DNA of 58,062 nucleotides, filler included, from Perkinsus olseni (GCA_013115125.1; 2 parts of 2 records of this genome joined end to end with filler, not necessarily neighbours in it), one strand, 5' to 3'; positions 37,144 to 49,899 are shown, counted from the whole stretch's first letter. Notes: generated by a model from the sequence alone, not told the origin. Numbers and translations: made by a program.

Positions 37144-38040
37144 ATGCTTTTCGTGAAACTCAGCCTCCTCCTCCCTTTGGCCGCGGCCCAGCTATCCAGC
37201 TCGGGGCCCTTCCGTGGCAAGAAGGTCGATAGAGGCACTGAAGCCTGCAAGGACCTCTGCCGGAGCATCCCTGGGTGCTTCCACAAGGGCTCCTTCTGTA
37301 AGTCCCCTCCGAACCCCAAGCACCCCAGGTTGTGCCAAGACCTGTAAGTAGATGCTTCTGGAGGGACATCGGTGAAGGGAGGCCACCTCGTGTCAGGCAC
37401 TTCGACCCGGTCAAGCACTCTGCCAACGCCACTGCGTGCACGGTATTCAACAATGAGAAGAACTGCCCTAAGGACCGTCCAGTGAGGTGTGATGACATTC
37501 AACCATGTCAGTGGCTTTTGATAGCATAGGAAGCAAAGTCTCATGCACTCGTCTCTTTCAGTTGAACCAGGCCACCCCAAGTTCCCCCTCGAGGCTGAAG
37601 CAGAGCTAAAGCCTTTCCGCAGCAAGAGTGGTGTCTCCGGAAGAGTTCGTCTCAGGCAGGAGGACTTCGATAAGACCAGAATCTCCTACCATATCAGCGG
37701 CTTGAAGCCACACTCCGTCCACGGCTTCCACATCCACAACAAGGCTGACTTCTCCCACGGTTGCTCGTCTATCGGTGGTCACTACAACCCCTTCCAGAAC
37801 CTTCACGGTGGCCGGTTCTCCACAATCAGGCATGTCGGGGACATGGGCAACGTCCGTGCTGATCGCCATGGTGTAGCTCGGGGCCACTTCTACTCCGATC
37901 TGATTGTGGTCTCCGGTCCAACCTCGGTCCTCCACCGGGCAGTTGCAGTGGACCTGCGCGAAGATGATCTTCGTCCGAAGGGTGATGGCAACTCCGGCCC
38001 TGCCCTGTCCTGTGGAAAGATCGTCGAGTACAAGCATTGA
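37144..38040 (+). CDS. secreted 8-Cys-module + Cu/Zn-SOD-like protein A (H120D, R143A), 3 exons
   Basis: Signal MLFVKLSLLLPLAAA; CKDLC..GC..SFCK..CQDL|..C..NC..PVRC|; SOD domain HGFHIH, GCSSIGGHYNP, LHGG, RHVGDMGNV, RAVAVDLREDDL, GNSGPALSCGKI. Confidence 0.93.
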
Positions 38041-39120
38041 TGACCGTGATCATCATCATCGAGAGACTTCTCTGAAAACGGCATTCGTAAAATATGATAT
38101 GTTGTTTCTACAACGATTATTATCACCACCGTCCATCACAAATTTTGTACTCCTCAACTGTCAGCAGCAATACAGCGTTACGGAAAGATAGTCGTCTCCA
38201 GGCTGTGCGACTTCGTCCGCTGCTTCTCCACTTCTTATTTCACCTCCTGTTGATCTACTCCGCAAGGGGCAGCTTATATCATCCTTCACTGTTTTGTTGT
38301 TGTCAACAACGTGAACAAAGGTAGCAACAGCTAGCTGTTGAAAACAATCAACTCGCGTGCTGCTACTCGCCTTCCCCTCGTGCAACGAGCGATCACCAAT
38401 AGCCACCTTGTCATCACTCAGGGAGCTGCGCTGGGGGCAATGGAAGCTTGCCGCTCACTGTTACCCTTCCTAAGCATATCAACAGCAACTTCAACTGACT
38501 GCTGCGAAATGTCACGTCATCACAGCTTGACCAGCGTTTGTCGAATAGACTAACACCGAATCGACAACTCCTACCCGACGTCGAGTGGTATCTTCCCCGT
38601 CCCATTCGAGAACGGGTAACCATGACAGTGAACTAAGATGCTTCGGCAAGGCAACTGTCGCGAGTACTGCCTCTAGGTCAGTCCAACGTCGAGACCATGC
38701 CAGAGGAGACGTCAATCGCATTTCGGAGGGTTTTCTGTTAAGGAACAATCAGTAGATGCATTGCCATATACCAGAACGCTTGCCGTTGTTCTTGGCAGTT
38801 GCATCCGTCTCGTTAGCGATTGGGTGACGAGGGCAAGCCGACAACACGCACAGTCTCCGCTTCTGTGGTTCCATCGAGCAGCCGCAGAGACTGCGAGTCT
38901 CATCCCTGATCGTAGGTCATATCCGACCGAGTAAAGGTAAGACTTGCGGAAAAGTTGGTATGAGTTGACCCATGCACCCCTAGCAGTTACAACCCAATGA
39001 GATTGACAATACAAGGCAATTGTTGTGCACAGACTTTGCATGATGAAGATGATGATGATGATGAAGAGACTTCATTTATTGAACGGCATCACTGTTACTG
39101 CTAGTGTCCATTAATTATTA

Positions 39121-39208
39121 TCATCTACCATTCGGTACAAGGCTTGGCCTCGATGCTAGAGGCCCTGCTCCAGCTGGAAGGACGGGGTCGAAGACGGCGA
39201 AGGGGTTA

Positions 39209-39246
<38 letters not shown>

Positions 39247-41755
39247 CGACTGAAAGGCGAAGTAGTCGGACTAGACGACAGAAGCGAGAGTTATCAGACA
39301 CTACGGTCGATCGAGACGCCAAAACAGCCTTCCGTTCAATCGAATAATGATTCTAGATCAACCCCGAATCGATATAGAAACAGAAAAATAGATTTTTCCA
39401 CACGTAAAATACGGTTCCAGTATCAAGTCTGAGTTTTAGAATGACTTAAACGCTGCTGGTCCACCATACAGCTCGAGAATTCCTAGGCTGAAGAACCAGA
39501 GAAGGAGAAACTCAACAAGCAGCCCACATTCTTTCCACGGATAGCTTCCCGTAAGCCTCTACTCTTCTTCTCAAGGCTCCCTTCCGCTTCCCTGATAATC
39601 GATCAGAAGGGCGAGCGCTACCCGCAAGAGAGGTCACTCACTTCATCATCGAGAGGATCTCCTTAAGATACTTTTCACGACCGCGGTCGAGGCAGTTGTT
39701 TATTATAGCAGTGTCCTCATCGAACCGGCACAGACGGTGACTGACAGCGGAGCGAAGCAATTTTTCCATCATTTTTCGGCCATGAATTTTCGTTGTACTT
39801 TTCCTTGCTCTCGTCTGTTCCCTCAGACAGTGCTAAAATTTCGCTGGCAGAAATACACCGACGGTTTCTGTCGAGCTTGGCTTCTCTATCAGCCAGGAGT
39901 ATCTAAGCTCGAACATAGTAAGATACAAAAAAGGTCAGAATGACGCACCCGAGCCTCTCGATTCTTATTCTGCAGCTCCATGAGTTCTTCTTGATACTCC
40001 CGATGCTTTTCCCGTGTCTCTCGCTCAGCACTGAATCCGCACAATCACCAGCGAGCCCAAACCGGCCTGCCGCTCCTGCCTGAAGCGGCGCTCCATCTTG
40101 TTCTTCTTCTCCCTCAACTCTTGCAAGGTATGATCCTCCGTTCGAAGTTCTACCTCCAACTCAGCAGCCTCTTGACGGAGCTGCAAAATCTGATTGAAAA
40201 ACGGTAAAATACAGAGGAAGGTCTTGAGAGATGCTTCCACAGCTCACGTCTGCATCGGCGACTTGAATTCGGGCGCGAGTGGCGGCGTTGTGCTTCAGCA
40301 ACTAAAAACGACATACACCAGATGAAGAGCTCGTGAATCCCGAGTCGTGATCGATGCGTTGAGGAAATGCAAGAATTCAAGAGTCGATTTCACTTCATAT
40401 TCCGCCAGTAGACCGAAAAGACCAGTTGCTTCAGAGCCGAGGTTCAATTAAGGCCCTAGACAGTCTTGCCCCATCTTGCATTTCCTCTAAATTCAGCCTT
40501 CGCTGTAGTACCTTATCCAGGTCCTCTCGCTGCCTCCTAATCCCTTCCACCAGAGTACTAACATTCTCCCTCTCAGCCTGTATCAGCCTCTCTCGATGCG
40601 ACAGCAGCTCAGTCAGACGCTCAATCTCACCTAACTCGAACTAGCCTGTCGTCAGAGGCCAGGACTCTACCCTGCATCCGCTTGCTATGCTCTTCTCTAT
40701 CATCAGCCTCCTTCTCCAACTCTATCACGTCCTGCTGTAACCTGCTCAATCACGCTATAATGCTCTTATATGACCAGGAGCGTCGATGCCCCGTAGGTAA
40801 CGATAAACTCATCCATTTCAACCGATCGCCCGCGCCAGACTCCCCACTGAGTGCATCTTCAGATAGTTCTGCTGTGCATTTGCTGTCGATGAATGACAGC
40901 CCAATGACCCCAAATTTGTTCGGCGGAGCGTGACGAGTCGAGTTGACTCGGTGTTAAGTAAGAAGCCGCAGCCCTGTCTTCCCAAAGAGGAGAGCTCGCG
41001 GCGATGAACAGCCTTCATTGTTCATGCCGATCATCACCGCCCTCCCTAATACTACCTCTGATTTTGCAAAGCCAACTCATCCTTCAGACTTTCCATCCTC
41101 TCGATATGCTCAGCGTTCTGCTTCCGAGTCGCTTCGAATTCTAAGCAGCCCACACGCCTCACAGTTCTATTAGAAGACGCACCAAGGACTGTGTACTGTA
41201 GTACCCTGGTTTTCCCTAGCAATCTCGGCCTCGACTAGGGCAAGCTGCCGGCGAAGGGCTTGGTCTTGGCTGTTGCTGACCGCCCCCGTCTGGAGCTGAT
41301 ACCGATACCGACCACGATCCAATGCGGGAGGAAGAGAAGTACTGGAGTCCGACCGTGCTAGTGCGAGAGACCCCAAACCTGAGAGTTGGGGAAAAGTTGG
41401 TATGATGGCAAGCGTGAGTACTATGACTACCTCTCGGGGACCTCGGTAAACTGTGATGACTGCCGGCGCTGGAGGTACTCGTCCTGGAAGGCCTCCAGAT
41501 GAAGGGAGGCAGAGTTGATGAGCCACCGAGCAGGGGCGCGCTCAATTGGGGTGACCGAGAATGGATGGGGGAACGATGTACAGAAGGTATCACTGAAGCA
41601 TCCATAGGTCGAGCTGGCAAGATACAAAACACCTTACACGGCGGCCAGTTGCTTGTCGTTGCCGATCGGAGCAAATGTGACTGTACTCCTGTACGGCTGG
41701 CCGAAGAGGAGGAGGCTGGCTGCTGCTGTTGCTTCCTCGATGTTGATGTGAACAT
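39121..41755 (-). CDS. multi-exon coiled-coil protein (approximate)
   Basis: Start MFTSTSRKQQQQ at 41755; E/K/R/Q-rich exons (LRRQLALVEAEIAREN; LRQEAAELEVELRTEDHTLQELREKKNKMERRF); probable last exon with a poly-Ala tract ending TGA at 39121-39123. Confidence 0.6.
39213..39245. repeat. (CAG)11 microsatellite
   Basis: Eleven perfect CAG units; reads as poly-Ala in the probable minus-strand exon. Confidence 0.97.
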
Positions 41756-41860
41756 TGAAGACTGATAAATACCCTGTCAACTGGAAGACCGTCCCACAGC
41801 CCCGTTATGAGCATCACAACAGAAGTGCATAACGAAAAGAAACTGTGATGGTTGAGGAGG

Positions 41861-43699
41861 TCATCGCTCCGCTGCTTCGTGAGAGCACTCGGAGGATGCG
41901 GTCGTAGTATCCTTCACACTACCACTGTGGCCCTTCGTCAAGGCAAAGGACGGCTCGTCGTCGTCGTCGTCCTCCTCCTCCTTCAGACGCGACTTCAGCG
42001 AGTCCAGTACCTCACCAATAGTATCAAACTCAGCACAGGTCTGCTCCAGAGTGGCCGGTGAGATGTTGAACCCCCGGAAGAGATGGTCGATCTCGGTCTG
42101 TTGGTCGACGGAGGGCCGCGCACCCAAGTAGTGCGAGAGCATCTCAGTGGCCATGTCCGGCAGCATCCACCCCATGTGAATGCGCTTATTGATTCTTCCA
42201 GGACGTATCAAGGCGGGGTCCAGCCGATCGGGATGGTTGGTGGTCATGACCAGTATCCGGCCAGGTGAGTCGACAATCCCATCCAAAGCATTGAGGAGAC
42301 CAGACAAGGACAGCTTGTCAGGCTCATCGAACAGAGATATCATGGACGTATCTTTTGAGTCGAAGTTCACCTTGCTTGGAGCTCGATCATCCGACATGTT
42401 CTTGGCGGCCAATACCCCAGTAGTGACCGCATGTATCAGCCTCTCCATCGACGGTTGAGCATCCTCACCCGACTCTGAAGCCGCCATACTCATAGAATCC
42501 TCCGCCGTCTTAGAAGTATCTTTCAAATCTTCCCTGTGCGCACCCTCCTTGTCAGTCACCCCTCTCGAATACACGACCTTCGAGGCTGCATCAACATCTT
42601 CCATGACGAATATGATATCTTTGAAGTCCAATTTTGGCGGCTCATCATCGCCCTTGACAGGAAAGGACAAATCGAAAAGGATGTCCATAAGCTCTTGATT
42701 TGTCTTAACCTTCTCCAACGACACACAAACGACGTTACGGTTGGTATAGTTGGCCAGGGCCTTGATCAGACTGGTCTTACCAGTACCCGGTGGACCGTCC
42801 AGTAACAATCCCAATTTATTCGGGAAACCCGATATCGCGAACTTGCCGCGCTTCTCTACAAAATCGTCAACTAGCTTGATAAGAGCCTCCTTCTCGGGGA
42901 AGAAGAGACTGTCGAAGGACTTACAGTCACTTAGACGATATTTCTTGAATTCATTTTCCTGCTTCGTCCGAATGTAAAAATAGCGACTCCCATCGGCCTC
43001 CTGCATCTTCTTCTGAACATACCAATCATAAGCCTTCGCAATAAACCGATCGACCCTCTCTCCCGCACCCGCGCCTCTGGACTTGATAGAGAAGGATATG
43101 ATCTTGTTGTTAGTAGTAGTCTTATTGTCACCATCCGACTTAGTCGTCTGAACATTATCAACAGTTTCCTCTTGCTTGAACCACAAATCTTCAGCCTCGT
43201 CAATTAGGATCCAATAACCCTTGGAAGGCAGCCTCGTGACTTCGTAGGACTGCAGCTGCTGAGCATTTCCAGTGAACATACAGGCGTCGCCATACCGGTC
43301 CTTCTCCAACTTGATCGTCCTATTGGGTACGAGAAACACCTCCATGTTGTTGGCGCCGACACGATAGGTTTCCTCCATGTAAAGCCGTAGCGCTTTCTGC
43401 AATATGTTATTGCGCTGAGTGGTATCCAAGACGCTTGAGTCATCACTGTTGGTGTCTAAATTCTGTCCTTCGAGAAAAGATATCTCTCGGACGACTTCGT
43501 CGGGTCGAGCCGTAGCCCAGCAGGCTGCTGACTTTACCGTTTCCCAGAGATCAGTCAGCACCTGTCGGTCGCTTATTACCTTCATTGCTATCGGCACGGC
43601 GATGCACAGGGCGAGGTCGCGGTACTTGTTGCCCGACCGAAGGAGGGACGTCAGTCCCATGTTCACCCCAGAGTTAACCGCATCTTGGATGTCATCCAT
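41861..43699 (-). CDS. BCS1-like AAA+ ATPase, intronless
   Basis: N-terminal hydrophobic segment, Walker A GPPGTGKT, Walker B IIFVMEDVD, LSLSGLLNALDG, MTTNHPDRLDPALIRPGRI. Confidence 0.95.
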   Translation of the reverse strand: MDDIQDAVNSGVNMGLTSLLRSGNKYRDLALCIAVPIAMKVISDRQVLTDLWETVKSAACWATARPDEVVREISFLEGQNLDTNSDDSSVLDTTQRNNILQKALRLYMEETYRVGANNMEVFLVPNRTIKLEKDRYGDACMFTGNAQQLQSYEVTRLPSKGYWILIDEAEDLWFKQEETVDNVQTTKSDGDNKTTTNNKIISFSIKSRGAGAGERVDRFIAKAYDWYVQKKMQEADGSRYFYIRTKQENEFKKYRLSDCKSFDSLFFPEKEALIKLVDDFVEKRGKFAISGFPNKLGLLLDGPPGTGKTSLIKALANYTNRNVVCVSLEKVKTNQELMDILFDLSFPVKGDDEPPKLDFKDIIFVMEDVDAASKVVYSRGVTDKEGAHREDLKDTSKTAEDSMSMAASESGEDAQPSMERLIHAVTTGVLAAKNMSDDRAPSKVNFDSKDTSMISLFDEPDKLSLSGLLNALDGIVDSPGRILVMTTNHPDRLDPALIRPGRINKRIHMGWMLPDMATEMLSHYLGARPSVDQQTEIDHLFRGFNISPATLEQTCAEFDTIGEVLDSLKSRLKEEEDDDDDEPSFALTKGHSGSVKDTTTASSECSHEAAER

Positions 43700-46514
43700 G
43701 GTGAAAGGGAAAAATAAAGGAAGCTAGAGGTGTCAGAATAATTATCATCGCTCGAACATCGGAATTTGCTGCTGCTGGGAAATGACTTCCGACCGGTCCC
43801 TGGGCCGCGCTGGAAGCCCAAGACTGGCAACTCGCCCCCGTGGGTGGAGGGACATACGAAATGAGAGTACCACACGCCGCAATAATCGTAGAGGAGAGAA
43901 TCGAGCTATCAAGGTTGACAGGGAGCGCGACAGTAAGATGAGGATGTCAGCGGGTGCGACCGTTGAAGGGCCCACTCGTCACTTGCCATCACCACAATTG
44001 CTCTTTACCAAGATCTCACGGACGACGTCCCATGCAGGCTGAGGTTAGACTCCCTCGATCCTACGAATCTCGTTCGCCCAATCAATCATAAAGTTTGATT
44101 ACGTTGTACCCCCGAGGGCTGTTACACGCGGCAATTTGCTCCACCAGGGGGGAGGTAAGAAGGCAAGAAGTTAGCTAGGCTCTTCGGTGAACAACTGCCT
44201 CCCTTCACTTTCGTCACTCAGAAGTGTCCTCCAAGCGTAGGAAACATCTCAAAAAAGAGGCGTTTGCGCACTACGGGAAACGGTGTTCAATCAATTATAA
44301 AACTTGAAAAATGATCCATCGTTGGGTAGAACTTGGGTCTCTCGCACGGGTTTCTTGCACGCTACGCAACCGACCTGTGTTGTGGGTGCAGTTTGCCTAC
44401 TACTAATGCTCCTATACTCGGTTGGTCGGTCCTGAGTATGTCCCGAGCGTTCCCCAAGGGTTTTGTTAAGTCCCAAGAAAGGTCAAACCCTCGCAGTCCT
44501 TATATAGCTGATGAGCCCAATACCGATCGTCTGGGCAAGCGAGATGCTCAGGCCGTGCTGTGAAGTAGAGAAAAGAGTGAAGCGCATTGTTACACTACTT
44601 CTGTCCCAGGGTAGTGGTATTGGCTTATTCTGGCACAAGACATCCGCTTGTTGAGTTTCCTCTTAGTGATATCCAAGTCAGTACCGCGACACCTGCACAG
44701 CTCGATAACTAAGGAATGTGCCATCCCCGATGGGAGCTCTCCATGGGGTTGACCCTTTTGTCAGAACAGTTAGTGTTGAACAGTGAAAGAGGTACTCTTT
44801 TTACTCAAACCGCTTCTGAGCACGGAGACGGCATAGAATGGTCGCACGCCGCAGTACACGTTCTCGTCGTAATGATGCTAACGGCCCCAAAACTTGCAAC
44901 TCAAGGACCGATGTTATTCAAAACTGAGTTAACGGCTATTCATGCCAGCATCCACACCCTCCTTGCTCCTCGCGAATCATCTCGCTCCCCGTCCTCACGG
45001 TCCTATTGCAACCTCGTAGCCCACGCAACTGAGGAGTCGGGCTGTATCGGTTTCCCTCCAAGGTGCTCATCGCGGTTACTAGCTCCATCCTTGCCGTGTC
45101 TCGACCCCACCCCTCGCATGCCCTTGACCGTCTCCTACGTGAGCCAGGTCTCGCCCCATTCGGGCCTCTCGGGCAGGGCTGCTGACGGTGGGTCTTTCAC
45201 CTACCTCCTCTGTCCCAGACGGATTACACCAGCAGGTTGTCGTACTATCGCTTGGCACGCAAGGGTTCGGCTCCCCCCAGTTGGAGTACGACTTCGCAGA
45301 GTGTAATCAGAACCGTCTCAAAGAAGTTTCACCCGGAATACGTATGGTGGTTCACCCGTAAGTTGCGGTTTTCCAATAAGTAGACTAATCAGGGATCCTG
45401 AGCCTGAGCAATCGACAGACTTCCGGTGCTGCCGGTAGCAACGGCATCCAACCTCATGAACGCACGTGCACTGTAACTCAGTACAGAGTGGGTATTTGAG
45501 ACGGGGCTCAGAGAGTGGTAAAATTGGACTCGAGAGGAGTTCGGAAAAAACTGATCTTGTTGCGGTATGTTCACTAGCATGACGAAAGTTCGTACCACGA
45601 GCCAAGGCACACGAAGAGCAAGGTGGGTACGTAGCAGCAATGGAGGTAGTTGACACTAATAGTGCACACGCCACTTCGTGCCGCACACCGAACTCCCTCG
45701 TCTCTTGCGCCCCCCCATGTCACCGGGACAACAGTACGTGCAGAAGTTCGCGTAACGAGTTCAAGGCAGATTCCGGCTCTGGCTCGAGCGATTTATTTGG
45801 GCCGAGCGGGGGAGTGCACGTGCTTCCCTGGGTACTGGCCGCGGCAAACAGTCTCAGTAGTCTTCCTGGCAACTCATCCTGGCAGTTTAGTTTGCGCCAG
45901 CCTAGTGACGTGGTCGTAAACAGGACAGCGACGCTACCGACTGTGATTTGGCCCGTCCAGTCAGTGTAAGGGCACCAAAGGCAGCGTGCTACTCTTCGTG
46001 CCGCCAGCGTACAGCGTGCCGCCTTACCCTTCCTCATCACAGTTCGAGCCTGTCTGAATTCACCAGTGTACTCTTGACGGCAAACCGAGGAGATAACCTT
46101 CCGACCACCGGTGGAGACCCCGTGCTAGCGACACCGACGAAGAGCGCCACTGAGCCGACATGCACGGACGCGAAAACGGGGCTCAGCATCCACTAGAGAC
46201 AGTTTCACGGTCGTTCGGCCGTCCACTCACGTTGGGCCCTACCGCTCTTTCAACGCTAAAAGAGAAAAAGACGAGCTTTTTGGCGTCCTCCCCCAAATGA
46301 CATCCTAAGTGTGAGACAATTTCTCTTCGCCCATGCCCGCGTCACCGCCACCGATCCCAGCAGGAAGTGCATGCGTGCTGGATAGTTTTCAGCCCGTTCA
46401 CAAGCGCTTTGGCTTTCAACTCGAGATGATGAGGTGTTAACGCAACGTGTCGACCCTTGAGGCTTCCGAGTCCCTCACCTGTCCATGTTAGTTATCAACT
46501 ACCCTCCTTTACTA

Positions 46515-47393
46515 ATGTTTCTCAAGACCCTCAGCATCCTACCCCTGGCAGCGGCCCAGCTATCGGGCTTTGAGTCCTTTCGCGGTGCCCCTAGGGATGC
46601 CTGTAACGACCTCTGCAGACTCGTGCCATTCTGTTCGCAGAGAGGCTCTTATTGCAAGCGCAATCTGTCACCGGCAGTGTGTCAGGATTTGTAAGTTGAC
46701 CTCCTATTGCGGTTGAGCTGATAGCGTGCTCTAGGCACTTCGTCCAGTCTAAGACTAGTGCCAATGCCAGTGTATGCTCGGTCGCCCTCGATAAGAACTG
46801 TCCTACAGACTACCCAGTGCGGTGCGATGATATCCAGCCCTGTAAGCGATGGGCCTCCTCCCTGTACAAGGGTGATGAATTGTGCTCTTCTTTCAGTCCC
46901 GAGAGCTCCCCCTAGATTCCCTATCAAGGCCAAAGCTAAGCTTGAGCCGTTCGGCAGCGGAAGTGGGGTGAACGGAACGATCTACTTCGAGCAGGAATCT
47001 TTCACCAGGACCAAAGTTTCCTATGAGATCTACAACTTGGAGCCTAACTCCCTCCACGGCACGCATGTTCACGAGTTGTCCACCTTCACACCCAACGGCT
47101 GTCTCTCCGCTGGTGGTCACTACAACCCTTACCGTAGCACCCACGGTGATATCGACAGCGATGTCAGGCACGTTGGTGACATGGGTAACTTCGTAGCTGA
47201 TGAATTTGGTGTATCTAAGGGTTCCTTCTACACCGACCTCATCGTGCTCTATGGCCCGGTATCGGTCGTCTCTCGTTCGGTCGTTGTCCACTCCGGTGAG
47301 GACGATCTGGGCCAAGGCGGCAACGCAGGTTCCTTGGCCACTGGCAATTCTGGCTCTCGTCTAGTCTGCGGTGAAATTGTTAAATATCAGTGA
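46515..47393 (+). CDS. secreted 8-Cys-module + Cu/Zn superoxide dismutase B, 3 exons
   Basis: Signal MFLKTLSILPLAAA; CNDLC..FC..SYCK..CQDL|..C..NC..PVRC|; HGTHVH, GCLSAGGHYNP, THGD, RHVGDMGN, VVVHSGEDDLG, GNSGSRLVCG. All Cu/Zn ligands and Arg143 present. Confidence 0.96.
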
Positions 47394-48007
47394 ACTACAA
47401 CTGATAGTCGGGGTAGTGGCAATACTCCTACGTCCAGCAGAGATGGTCCAGTATCTTAGCATGTCAACTGTACGGAGAATTCTGTAACTTCTCCTCGGTC
47501 AAAAAGACTTTCATAATTTTTACATAAATCGCCGGTGATATTGTCGATACGTCTGAGGTAGGCGTGACACTATTTGTCGGCTTCCAAAAAGTTGTACTTG
47601 GTGTTGAGCGGTAAATGAGATAATGCAAGCACCGGGACTGCACCCGGGAGGAATGCAGGTAAACTTTAGTCCCTGTCGATTCCCAAAGTGACCACCTTCG
47701 CCGTTATCGAGGTGCCGGTTGCTGCCGAAACTTGAGAGTTTTGTTACTAGCTGCGAAGCAGGGTTCGATAAGGTGTCCTCATTTATAGGATTTCGACTCG
47801 ATAACTTGCTTCTAGGCCTTCTAACTCATATCGAAACCACAAGTCCATTAGGCAGTGTCCAAGCACTGATGAGCGACGGCTGAGTGAGCACTGCTTCAGA
47901 ACTCTTGTGGCCTTGGATAACCTACCTCGAGCGACTGCACGGTCAGGAGAACACGAGAGGCATTAAAGCGGTCTCCAAAGCTGGCTCCTGTGGGCGGTGG
48001 GTAGCTG

Positions 48008-48063
48008 CCAACTCAGGTACCGCCGGTACCTGAGTTGGTTCTCCGGTACCGTACCGGAGAACC
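48008..48063. repeat. two adjacent perfect palindromes
   Basis: CCAACTCAGGTACCG-C-CGGTACCTGAGTTGG (48008-48038) and GGTTCTCCGGTAC-C-GTACCGGAGAACC (48037-48063). Confidence 0.93.
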
Positions 48064-48661
48064 CTCAGTTGATGAAATCATGCCCAGACGCGTCTCCGCG
48101 GTCCAATCAGATGCCTTTGTCCGACTCGCAATGCCACGAATCGATGCCCGACAGCTTTTCCGGCAGAAGTGCTGCTGATACCTGCCCTGCAGAACCGTGG
48201 TAAAAAGAAATCAATTCTGCCGGGCGACGGTGCGATGAGGACGAGCTTCATCTCAGAAGACACTGTGATCGTTTATGGCTCAGTGGTTTACAATTCGCGG
48301 TGAACCACTGCGCAGCCCATGTAGATAACATTTCCGAGACGCATGTTACGCTCAAGTGAACCATGACCCCAAGGTACACTACTGCGCGAAAGGCAGCGCA
48401 CCGCACTCGCCTTCGAACGTGTCCCTAACGAAACTGCCGGGGCGAGCGATGGCTGCTGACTAGGGAATCTACTTATCACCCGAGAAGATGAGCTTTCCTA
48501 CGCGCTGGCAGAAGTGAGGAACGAGCATGTGGCAAACTTGTCCGTGGGGGGCTGAGTTAGCTCGACGGGAGTCTTTACAAAGTCATCCAAGATGGCGTTG
48601 GTCGTGCGGCTGGCTCGGAACCGTCGCAACTGCTCCGCAGTACATATCTTTCAACTTTTTC

Positions 48662-49899
48662 ATGCTTTCAACATCCATAGGGCTGAGCATCATCCCTCTA
48701 GCTCATGCTTGGGTGGCCGAGCAAAACGTAGAGTACCACTGCTTTGCTGGGACCGGAGCAACGGTGTTGTTACTGTCAGGCCTACTGTGATTCGCTTTGC
48801 CGCCGTTCCCCGGCCTGTGCTGATGCTACCCACGGCACCTATTGCAACTATTGGGCGGAGGTACCCACATGCTACGGCCTGTAGGCAAAGATACTCTCAT
48901 TCTAGGTTGACGTGCCAACCTCAGATACTCGCTCAATAACGATACTTGCTACGCCTCCGATTCAGACTGCCTCGGCTACCAGCCCGTCTCATGTGACGTC
49001 AGTAGCATCCCGACAGCGACCAACGAGACTCTCCCGCCCACCACGACGTGTCCCTTCACCCTACTCTGTCCAGAGGGAAACCTCACCAGCAGCTGTCAGG
49101 TTAACACAACTTCTGTCCCCGGCAACTGCTCTTGTTCTGGGCTCAACGTCACTTGCGGTCTGCACTTCAACGCCAGCACCAGCACCTATTGCGAAGGACA
49201 GCTGGGCCCGGCCAACGTCACGAACGACAGCAATACGACCACATGTGACGGGATTGATAACTCTACTGCCTGCCTGGTCTCTTGTGTGCCAATTTTAAAC
49301 TCCGTCATTAACGGTACCGAGTACCATTGTAACTGTACGGCCAACTTGTCAATTCACAACGCAACTGTTCCGCCGTCTTCTGATGGGCAAATTCCCCCGA
49401 CGACCACGACTACTCTCCCGGCAAGCACCCCTACCCTGCCCTACGGCCGCTATTGTGGGCTCCTCGGCGATGAGCTGCCGCTGGTAAGGCTCGCCTGAGG
49501 CGAGTCGCCCCTCATCGTTCTTCGATGGTTACCGGTCATCTCAGATGCTCGATTTCACGACTGTTACGGTTGACATCTACGGCGGAGATGTTTTCGCTCT
49601 CACCGGAATAGAGTAGGTCTTCGCTCGTCAGCGTGGAAATCAGACGCTCTTCAGTTTCTTCGGCCTCGACCCCAACTCCCCCGCGGGCAACACTCTCGAC
49701 ATCAACCTCTCCGATCCTCAATTCACCGCCATCATTGGCAGCGAGGCAGCCTTCAACCGGCAAATCTTCTCCCTCAGGTGAACCCGTCCACGCGGCACGG
49801 AGCATCTTGCGTGCCGTTCTCAGCTACTACAGCTCAACCAACACCATTGGTGGCTTCTTTACCGCTCGACCTGTCGAGCTCTCCCCCGAAGCCTGCTAG
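48662..49899 (+). CDS. secreted 8-Cys-module protein 1 with Cys/Asn-rich insert and GxYCG C-terminal domain (6 exons)
   Basis: MLSTSIGLSIIPLAHA..|AYCDSLCRRSPACADATHGTYCNYWAEVPTCYGL|YSLNNDTCYASDSDCLGYQPVSC..PYGRYCGLLGDELPL|..ELSPEAC*. Confidence 0.85.

Noticed and set aside
39144-39347. Plus-strand poly-Gln ORF
   Set aside because: Short and overlaps the probable last exon of the minus-strand coiled-coil gene.
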